Assembly: GCA_965637545.1 (NCBI GenBank)
Contig: OZ281497.1
Location: forward strand, 17,174,001-17,238,000
Source of the DNA: Phallusia mammillata
Taxonomy: Eukaryota
DNA: 64,000 nt
Direction of reading: 5' to 3'
Both the position numbers and the translations under genes were made by a program. The notes under the pieces are model-generated. The model was not told where the DNA came from. It searched no databases and was given only the letters and a program-made list of their open reading frames with translations. Of the stretch, positions 53,345 to 64,000 are shown piece by piece; the first letter of the stretch is position 1; each line of letters begins with the position of its first letter.

Positions 53345-53380
53345 TGATTGGCCAACCCCCTCTGACGTCACGAATCCTCG
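53345..53380. promoter_or_regulatory. CCAAT-box plus CRE cluster
   Basis: GATTGGCCAA followed by TGACGTCA at 53363-53370. Confidence 0.35.
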
Positions 53381-56272
53381 CGCAAACCTCTGGAAATTAG
53401 AAATTTGCAAAACTACCTACCGAGTCTTTTACAATCCATTACACTGTGTATTATGATGTGGAAACGTCCGAGATACTTCCGAAAATGATATAATTTTTTC
53501 AACCAAGAATATTTGTCAAGACAATAACATTGATGATGGACTTAAACGAGGAAAATATTTTTACTGCAAGTTTCAAAACCGAAATCATGTTTTTTAAGCA
53601 ATTATTGAGTTTTGCGAGTTCGATGATCAGATCTAGTCTGACTTAATAGCGCCACCACGAGGATTCCAGAACGCATTGAAGTTTTTTGCGATTTTGATGT
53701 ACAGGTAAACATTCTTCTTGCATCACAATTACAATGAGCAGCAGGCCCAATTGATATATGTTCTTCAATTTTACTTATTTTCCTAACATTGTTTTTGCTT
53801 TTTGTTTGTTTTTATGTTTTGTTGAATGTGATTTTTGTTTTGCAAAAGAAGAAGCAGGAAACACCAAATTAGTAATTTTGTTCAAAAAACAAATAGTCTC
53901 ATGCTAAAGAGCAGTGGTTCTTTAATTTTTAAAGCTTGCAGCACACTAACAACCTGTCATTTTATGGCACACTGTGAAAGTAAAAATCACAAAACTTGGT
54001 TAGAGAAACTTAGTGTGCATTTTAATGATAATGGGTTAGACTGCTGTGAAAAATAATACGATAATATAAAGGTTAAAGTCAATCAAGTCATGTACCTAAA
54101 TTTTGTTATGACCGAAAACAAGATATGATTGTGCAATATATTTTGGGCACATTTAAAAATATATTTGGGCCTCAAGTGCGCCACACTTATTTTCAGAGAT
54201 AACAATAAAACTGCAATTTAAATACCCTGAACTCAGTAAGGCTGCAAACGCTCATGGTGTCATCATGTAACAATGCCTTTTTTCTTTTCCTTTGTTGGGT
54301 GGCCTGTAATACATTGTGCTGTCTGTTAATTTCGTTTTTTATAATGCAAAAATATATGTTGAGGTACTTACCATATGTCCCAAATTAGTAAGTGGACTTA
54401 AAAAAGATGTGGTCCTGGTAAGCTTCTTTTTTCTATTGTACAAATAATAAAAGAATATTAATACAACATGCAACACACATTATTTTATCTGAAAAATATA
54501 TACATTGTCAGCTAACCTTCCTTTATCCATTTTTGAAGGTGAAATCATTTTGATATGACTCAGTGATTCACAGTGTCAATCTAGAAAGCCTTAAATTGCA
54601 CAGTGATTTGTATAACCCTACCTACTGCAAAAATGCGTTTTTGTGTTAGACTGTTGAATTGATATGTTACTATGGTGATTGTAAAATTAAAATACAAACA
54701 AACTATGATTAAATGTTGTTTACTAAGCAACAGATTTGTGTCTACCTGAATAACCCCAGTAGGCAGAGGTATAGACTTAGAAACACTAGACTACGATTCC
54801 AATGATTTATTACTGCTCTGACACTTTTTTTGAAACTCCTTAATGTTGTCATGAAGTTTGGAGGGCAAAAAAAATTCATAAAGATTTAGAATATAAGAAC
54901 ATCAGATTTGTACTGTTGAATCATAAGTAATCCAAACTCAGACTGTTTTTTTTTATATTGCTGGCAAAAAATTAACAGTAAACATGAAGCAGTCAATTTT
55001 TGTGCAGGGATTTTAAGACTATTGATTGACAAACAAATGAAACAAGCAGTGTATCGGTTCAAATTATAATTACAGCTCAAATAACTTCAATATAAACAGT
55101 AAAATCGTTTGGCCAGTCTGCAGAGTATGGCAGCTGCACGCATGATTAAAAAAAACAAAAAACTTTTGCACGCCAATTTTTTTGGGTTGCATTCAATTGT
55201 CCTGTCTTGACCTATATCACTTGCTTTTCACCTGCTGAAATAGGCCTTGCACACAAACTTACGGGTTTTGCATGCACGCACATGGGACATATCGGTCCTG
55301 CACGAGCGATGTCTCGTCGGGAACTTCCATGTTCTGCAGACTGATCGTTTGGCATGCCATAAAACACCAACATGAGTACCAACCTTGGAACGCATGCCAG
55401 GGGTTACCAACCCCTGATACTTCATTGCATTTTTACTCACAAACTTTGTACTCCAATTTTAGTTTCTAAAAATGTATCTTTCAGTTTTAAATGTATTTTT
55501 AACATTACCCTTGAGTGCTTTGAAAAAGTTTACTTCCTATAACCAATGTTTTCAGTGTTTGAATTTGAATGTGCACTCGCACAGTAAAAAGTAAGGACTT
55601 TACATCATGTAATGTTTGTATTCGGTTAGTAGTTTATTTAGTATTAATATAAACACGTAGAAACAATTCACAAAGCAGGCAAAGAATCACAAGCCATTAG
55701 TGTTGCTCGGCTGCAATCTATAACAAATGTTCTGACTACTGAATCAGTTAATGTAAGACAAACAAATCAGATAAACCGGCAGATATAAAAGCAAAGCACA
55801 AAGAAGGTCGATTTTATGCTATAAACATGCTAAACATTACAAAACAAATAAACAAACAGTTCAGTAAATTTGCCGCACTTTTTCCAAACATGTTTTCGCA
55901 AGAATAAATTCTTTAACGTACACAACACAGGTTCACATTTAATTACGTAGCTGTGGTTCTAATTTTGACCCAAGATACCGTAAACTTAAAATGTGTACAT
56001 TAAAAAAATGTTTGCAATAAAAAAGAGGTGGCTCTGCAGCTGATTTTTAAATCTGAATAAATCAAAAACATGGCATAAAATTTTTCGATCCAATGTGAAG
56101 GACACTTCATGTTTTCGTATTGGGTCACGAATTTTTTGTAAAACAGCGTCTTTTGAGTCCACCACGAGCACGCCGCCAGAAAAGTTGCACAGGGTGCTTT
56201 ATGTCTTGATTCAAAAACACGACTTAACCCCACCGAAATATTGAGCTGGCGACAGTGGCCCACAGGCTAGAT

Positions 56273-57142
56273 CAGGGGTCCCAAACTCAAATTGCTTTGG
56301 GGGCCCAAAACAAACTTTAAAGTAAGTCGAGGGCCGCACTATCGATATCGAACAAAAATATTGCACGATTAAAAAGTAAATTGGTCATTTATGTCAATAG
56401 CCACATTAAAAAATAATATAGTAATAAATAAAAAACAGACTTACAGTGTTTGCTTTGTGTGGAAACAATGGACAATGACGCAACAATGGCAATTACTGAC
56501 TATATAGAATAGATAGACTGTTCGATCATCCAATTAAAACGTTGTATATAGCAGGGGTCCGCAAATACTTTTTGGCGCGACCCAAAAAAATTGCTCTAAA
56601 TTCTCGCGACCCAAGCATTTTGTTAGCATGTAGGTTTGTAAAAAATACTATTGTCAGTTGCTATTTTCACATAAAACAGTAGGTAAACGATCGAAAGCAA
56701 ATCAATTCGAGGTTTAATTTGAGAGACGACAAGCCGAAGATCGTCCTCTACTTCTAGTCTTGATCTGTATTTGCTTTAAATATAAGATAGTGCAGAAAAC
56801 GCATGTCAAAACGCAGTTACGTAGTCTTATGTAACAATGCAATAATAATCAAAAGGTTGAAAAAAGTCCAAGTTGATTAATACTGTAGATGCGATACTTA
56901 TATTCATGAGAAATTTAAAATATTTCGCGACCGCAGCCCGGAAGGTCTCGCGACCCAAATTTGGGTCGCGACCCACTATTTGCGGACCCCTGGTATATAG
57001 CACTATAATAGAGAATGATTCTATTATGTAAATTCACTGGTCTAAGACGGGCTAATTCCTCCCCAGTAAAACACAGTACTTCTAAAAGTTACTTCGCGGG
57101 CCGCACAAAAACCCTTGGAGGGCCGCGTATTTTAGACCCCTG
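56273..57142. mobile_element. hAT MITE (outer element of a nested pair)
   Basis: Ends CAGGGGTCCCAAA / TTTAGACCCCTG. 8-bp TSD GGCTAGAT at 56265-56272 and 57143-57150. Confidence 0.92.
56552..56992. mobile_element. hAT MITE (inner element of a nested pair)
   Basis: Perfect 16-bp TIRs CAGGGGTCCGCAAATA / TATTTGCGGACCCCTG. 8-bp TSD GTATATAG at 56544-56551 and 56993-57000. GCGACCC subterminal repeats. Confidence 0.95.
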
Positions 57143-57364
57143 GGCTAGATGTACGAGTTTAATTCCTCTGCTGAAGGACACATAACGTCGTATTTTCGAC
57201 GACTTATAGTATAATTGATTTCCACGAGTCCTTTTTTAAAACTTACAAACCCGACAACCTTTTGTTGAATTGATCCTATATCGGTCAAAAAACTGGTCAA
57301 AGCCTAAAAGTCTCATTTTTTATTGTGTTACTACAAAGAGCTACATTATACACATGGGCACACA

Positions 57365-57955
57365 CAGTGGCGTATCTAGGATTGGTTTTAGGGGGGGGGG
57401 GGGGGGGGGGCAACACAGCATAAAATAGATTGCGCCACCTTGCGGTGACAAGTGCGCCACCTTGTGGTAGACTGTGTAGACCTCTCTATTAGCACCTGTT
57501 GTGCCTATTAAACTCGCAATATCAACTAAATGCTGGTTAGCCTAAGGCCCTGTGAAGCCCTTACTCTTGCTGTAAGTAACGAACGTTATAGTCACGATTC
57601 GATCGTGTTCATGTAACACTTTTTAACACTCGGCACAGTTGTTTCTAACAGTGGTTGCCTCTTAATCATATTGTGAATTATCTTCACTTGTATGAGTGTG
57701 ACGTAACAAAGTTATTATAAAATCCATTGTAACGTCATACGCGCAGTTGGACGCCAAGTGGCCATGATTGGCATTCATTGTTTATTGAGATGTGTGACGA
57801 GCATCAATGCGTTACGCACATTAAACAAAATAGCGCACATTGCTATTCACAGTTTTGTCTGAAATTACAAGATTTAATACTAAAACAGCCGGTCAAAATT
57901 TCTTGAGGGGGGGGGGGCGCATGGCACCTTGTCCCCCCCCCTAAATACGCTAGTG
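57365..57955. mobile_element. hAT MITE with poly-G/poly-C subterminal tracts
   Basis: TIRs CAGTGGCGTATCTAGG / CCTAAATACGCTAGTG (13/16). 8-bp TSD GGCACACA at 57357-57364 and 57956-57963. G20 run at 57391-57410. Confidence 0.9.
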
Positions 57956-59034
57956 GGCACACATGTCCCTTCCTCACGCACAAATACCGTGACACAATTT
58001 GGCTTGTAGCCTACGGAGTCTACGGACCATTGGTCAGTCATTTAACAATCAATGGTTTGCACTGCCGCACAAAAAACTCTCATGTCAACGAATCAAACAA
58101 ACCAAAACATAATAATTAAAATGTTCTAAAATGTAATTTGTGAAAGAATTTTTTCTGCTTTTCTGGTTAGGTTTTCAAAGTGACCAATTTGTGCTTGCAA
58201 AGTTTGGTTCTATTTGGAAACTCCTGGTCGATGTTAGCATGGAGTTCATTTTGAACGCTAACTAGACAACAACTGTTTACTCAAAAGATCTTGTCCCAGC
58301 CGAGAAACTTTGCGGTTTTTTCATCTGCTCTATAAAGAAGCCGCATGTAAGTTTTATTGTGCTTAGCCGATACACGTGACGTTAACAAAAAATTCCACAT
58401 CACAATTAACGCCAGGGCTGTTCATCCTCCTTAAAATCGAAAAATTTTATGGATATGCCGAAGGCGTTTTTGTGTTGTCATTAACATTTAGTGATTATGC
58501 GTTTCTTTAGCGGTGGTATATGATGACTTGACTTTATGTTGAAAAGTGGGTGGATTCGACCAACGCCCCCAACTTTTGCCCACTCACAGTCCAAATTTTC
58601 CTGCCACGCCGAAAGATGATATTTTTTCTGTCTCGTCTCAAGGCTGCCCAACCGGTGTCATGCCGCCGTCACGTACACTGCGGTTACGCATCGCCGGTAA
58701 ATAAAGGTTACATTACTAAATATTTAAATTATTTAAATATTTAAAAAAGTAAAATCGTTAACTGCATTTCTGGAATGATTACATTTTAAAGAACGTGTTG
58801 AAGACATGGTCGAAAAAATTTCCCGCCAATATGTGCATGTTATTTTTTCTTGTGTGTCACCCAACCTTTAAACGTCCTTTTGCTGTCCTTGCGCAGCTGC
58901 GTGATCAGCAACACGTTGAATTGTTTGTTGGAGTTGTGCAATGGGTCATTTAGGTGCCAAAGTTTGCAACGACTTTCGCACTCACATCTGGATTAGCGCT
59001 ACTAGAACTGTAAAGTGTAAATAGCAGATCCATG

Positions 59035-59043
59035 TATATATAA
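59035..59043 (+). promoter_or_regulatory. TATA box of GAPDH
   Basis: TATATATAA about 320 nt upstream of the ATG. A possible 5'-UTR intron (GT near 59131, TTGCAG near 59315) lies between them. Confidence 0.5.
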
Positions 59044-59126
59044 GGGTGAATCTGCCGCAGTATTTGTAACATTAGGAAAGACAGTAAAACGTTAATCTCA
59101 TTCTCCTCAAGGAGTTGATTGAGTAA

Positions 59127-60368
<1,242 letters not shown>

Positions 60369-60639
60369 GTAGTTGGAAACTGCAACAAGAAATCCACTGA
60401 CATACTAATCTGGACAATACTTATACAAACATATGATATATCTACACAAAATGTGATTGTTCTCGTTTAAAATATTTTGTTCTGTTTTGCTGTAGTGTGT
60501 TGTTTGTTTTGACTTCAAAATACAAAAAGTTCATTCTGTAATGGAAGACACAATACATAACTAATTATGTGCATTCTTTGTAGGTTGTTGTTGCTGTTGT
60601 AGTATTATGGTTTGTGAGGTTAATTTGTAGTGAAAAGGC

Positions 60640-63600
60640 ATGGAGAAACTGGAACATAATTCACTGCACTTAGCAAAACAAATTCAAGACTCTGAACCAC
60701 ACCTAAAAAGCAATTTAATTATTCAATACTTGAAGGACCAGGATTTTGCATACAAATTTCCTGATATCCCCACTGGTAGGAGAAAATTTTTTTGTTTTAG
60801 TACAAATCTTTTCTGTGGTAAATAAAATGCACTGCACTGTACTGACAGAATGTCAATGGATCAATGCATCTGAAGAATTTAGCAGTATTGACCTTGATGG
60901 AAAAGTGGTTTTGCTCGACTTTTTCACCTACTGCTGCATAAACTGTATTCACATGTTCCCATTCTTACACAAGCTAGAATCAGAATACTCAGTTAAAGAT
61001 GGTTTTGTAGTGGTTGGTGTACATTCGGCCAAGTTTCCCAATGAAAAGGTATTTTATGTAAAAACTATGAACACCATCACAAAAAATATTGGTTAGCTTA
61101 CTATTATAAATTGCATGTTTCAGTATATTGCCGTGTTGGAATTAAGGCACTAAGTTTTGTTGTGCAGGATACAAACAACATCAAACATGCATTACAACGG
61201 TATAACATATTACATCCGGTTTTAAATGATTCAAAAATAGAAATGTGGAATTTATTGAATGTTTCGTGCTGGCCAACATTGATTGTGCTCAATCCCAGAA
61301 AGGAGGTACTGTACGGAGTTTTCAATTTCGGTTTGTGATTAACTAATTTTACCATTATGTTGAGATAAAATTAACAATACATTGTAATGATTAATTTTTC
61401 ATAACAAGCAAAAAGGCCCTACATTGCAGTACCTGCAGTTAGGCCACAAGGCGTTTCCTGATTTTGCTGTTGCTACTAAGCATGCACATTTTTTATTACA
61501 ATACTGTTTTGGCAAAGAGGGTGACCACATTGTGCAATAGGTGCTCCTTTCACTGCCAGGTGAATCTTATGCAAATGTTGTTAAACTGTTCATTGATGAA
61601 GCAATGAAGTTCTACTCAAATTCATTAAGCCATCATTTAATACCTTTTGTGTCATCTACTGATGTTGATTTGGGAATGGCAAGTGAACAACTAGTTAAGC
61701 TGCAATTTCCTTCTAAAGTTGCCATTAGCAAAGGTAAAACAGCATTTTTTTTTACAAAAGAGACTGTAGACAATGTGAACACTTGATACAAGTATTTCAA
61801 CTGTTGGATTTATTGAGTTTGGGTGCATTAAGTAATAGAGATGATTGCCATCACAAAAATACCAAATGTGTAAAATGACACCACTGCATTGTAATGTGCC
61901 ATTTTAATATAGTTGAAACACAACATTTCCTGCAACATTTCTAAATAAATTTACTTCCAGTATATTTGATAAAATTTCAAAAATACCCAGGAAATAATTT
62001 AAAATGTGCTAATTTATGCATTTAGAAAACTACTTGGCAATTGCGGACACTGGCAACCACAGGGTCATTATTTGTTTAAACAACGGTACAGTGCAGTATG
62101 TTGTTGGAACTGGAAACCCGGGTCAAATAGATGGGAATTTTAAAACAGCTCAATTTAATGCCCCACATGGCCTTGCTTGGAACACTGCCAACTCTTTATT
62201 TGTTGCTGACTGTGAAAATCATCTAATTCGAAAGGTTTTGATAAAGGATATCCTGGCTTTATGTAGTGTGGCACAATGCATTATTTTGTTTTTATTTGCA
62301 TTTTTTGGTAAATTAATGTGTAATATGTTTTAGAACATTTAAATTGCTAAATCTACATGCCTAAAATGCCAAGCTGTTTGTATTTAGATTGATTTAACTG
62401 TAAAACGGGTGGTGACTGTTGTTGGAGTTGGAAAACAAAGTAATGATTTGGAAGGTGGGAAACTTGGTACTGAACAAGGCATCAGTTCACCATGGGCTTT
62501 GCAGGTTTGGCATGTTTTCATGTTGTGGCTAAAAGTTCTTAACTACATTAGAGATGTGTTGCATAGCTACACTAACTTAATTTCTGCAGGTTGGCGGAAG
62601 TCCCAAATTTCCAGACCAAGAAAATATTTTGTACATAGCAATGCCAGGGGTTCACCAGATATGGGCATTTTTCCTTAAAAATGCTGATTGGCAAAAAGGT
62701 AACTGAATTAAGCAAGCTACTATGGATAATGAATTTTATGAAACTGATATAGTTTATGAAAGAGAGTTCCTGATAGTCTACAAGCCAAACAGGAAGTTAT
62801 GTCATTGCAGCAATATTATATTCACCATGCATAATATACTTTCATGTTTGATCCCTTTTTACAGGCACTGAGCATGAGATGATGACCTGCCTTCGATTTG
62901 CAGGAAGTGGGCAGGAAGAAAATCGGAATAACAGCTATCCACATAAGGTGAACTTTTCTCTGTTGCAAGACAAACTTTAATTTAAAATAATAGACCTATC
63001 ATTTCATTGCAAAAAAATCAACATGGCGGGCAATATTATAGCTGGTCAAAGACATTACCTATTTTTTGTTTTATATACAAGAAAATTTATTTTGGATTTT
63101 AGGCTGGATTTGCACAGCCTTCAGGACTTGCAGTAGATTCTGCCAACCATAAGATGTATGTAGCTGACAGTGAAAGCAGCACCATACGAAAAGTTAATTT
63201 GTCAAATGGTGCCGTTGAAGCTGTTGTTGGTGGACATTTTGATCCCATGGTATGAACTATTAAATTGACAACCAAACATCCTATTTTATGCAAGCAATTT
63301 TGCATTATTTTATTTTGTTGTAAAAGTACCGTAGTTACCTTTTCAGTATAGTTACGTATGGTTAAAACGTTATGGCAATTATCGCTGACTATCGCTGCGG
63401 AAAGCCTCACCTCGTTGACACAAACCATGTGGTACTGGTTACTTTGCATGTGAGTAAACACTCATCTGGGCCACTGATAACGTGCGCTGGTCACGTACCC
63501 ATCTTCATGTAACTTACGTGTACGGAAAAGTAAACAAAATTTGACAACTTTTCGTGTTTAGTGTTTTCCGTAAAAATCTGTTTTTTAGGAATTGTAACCA

Positions 63601-63771
63601 GTTTGTAAAACAAATGTGTCATACAAATGCGTCCTTTTTGTATCGCAGAATTTATTTGCTTACGGTGACGTAGATGGCAAAGCACGTGATGCAAAATTAC
63701 AACATCCTCTCGGGGTCGCATGGGATCATAAGAGGTCCCGACTATATGTGGCAGATTCCTACAATCATAAG
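60640..63771 (+). CDS. NHLRC2: NHL repeat-containing protein 2 (thioredoxin-like plus NHL repeats); 3' end outside the window
   Basis: Exons 60640-60775, 60849-61048 ([13 protein letters not shown]...[11 protein letters not shown]), 61168-61305 (CWPT), 61541-61733, 62026-62234 (IADTGNHR), 62388-62504, 62590-62698 (HQIW), 62865-62947, 63103-63249 (FAQPSGL...ADSESSTIR) and 63649-63771 (LQHPLGV...ADSYNHK). All GT-AG, in phase. Confidence 0.95.
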
Positions 63772-63916
63772 GTAAACCCGGCGAATCGTGGCCCCCTAAA
63801 AGTTAGTTTTGGGCCTCGTGCCTCCTTCAAGAAACCCAGTAGGACCTGTACATGTCCCTTAAAAAATTTAAATGACAATCTCATGTTGGAATTCGGTACT
63901 AATTTTGACTTGAAAC

Positions 63917-64000
63917 CAGTGGTTCTCAAACTCAGTTTTCGGGGCCGCATGCGGCTCCCAACTACTTATTTTGCGGCTCGCACCAGACCTCAGAAAACCA
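63917..64000 (+). mobile_element. hAT-type MITE, truncated by the window end
   Basis: CAGTGGTTCTCAAACT terminus followed by GGGCCGCATGCGGCTCCC. Same family as 432-495. Confidence 0.75.

Noticed and set aside
55398-55416. CAGGGGTT-ACC-AACCCCTG mini-hairpin resembling two fused hAT termini
   Set aside because: No TSD and too short to distinguish from a single degenerate MITE end.
58717-58743. AT-only near-palindrome TAAATATTTAAATTATTTAAATATTTA
   Set aside because: Low-complexity sequence expected in an AT-rich genome.
38200-58900. Numerous 60-120-aa ORFs in the gene-poor interval
   Set aside because: No domain similarity, codon bias or coherent exon chains; consistent with chance ORFs.

Overview
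Eukaryotic, AT-rich animal genomic DNA with compact spliceosomal genes. The gene set and architecture suggest an invertebrate chordate, probably an ascidian (inference, not proven). No prokaryotic operons, CRISPR arrays, rRNA or tRNA genes were found. From left to right: (1) a roughly 8-kb cluster containing a 4-exon insect-type arylalkylamine N-acetyltransferase-like gene, two divergently oriented paralogous prepropeptide genes that each encode two cationic three-cysteine peptides, and an intronless SAM-dependent methyltransferase between them. A recent fold-back Penelope-like retroelement with hammerhead motifs lies in the intron of the second peptide gene. (2) GTSF1-like (minus strand; my model needs a GC-AG intron). 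(3) shootin-1-like (plus). (4) NET1/ARHGEF3-like RhoGEF (minus) with a 2.1-kb Ser/Arg-rich N-terminal exon. (5) About 20 kb with no confidently identified coding gene, containing promoter-like motifs and hAT MITEs, one pair nested. (6) Intronless GAPDH followed closely by NHLRC2, a candidate operon, running off the window end. The strongest novelty candidate is the two-chain Cys-rich peptide precursor pair and its clustering with an acetyltransferase and a methyltransferase that share an upstream DNA element. All gene models were built by eye and are not validated by transcripts.
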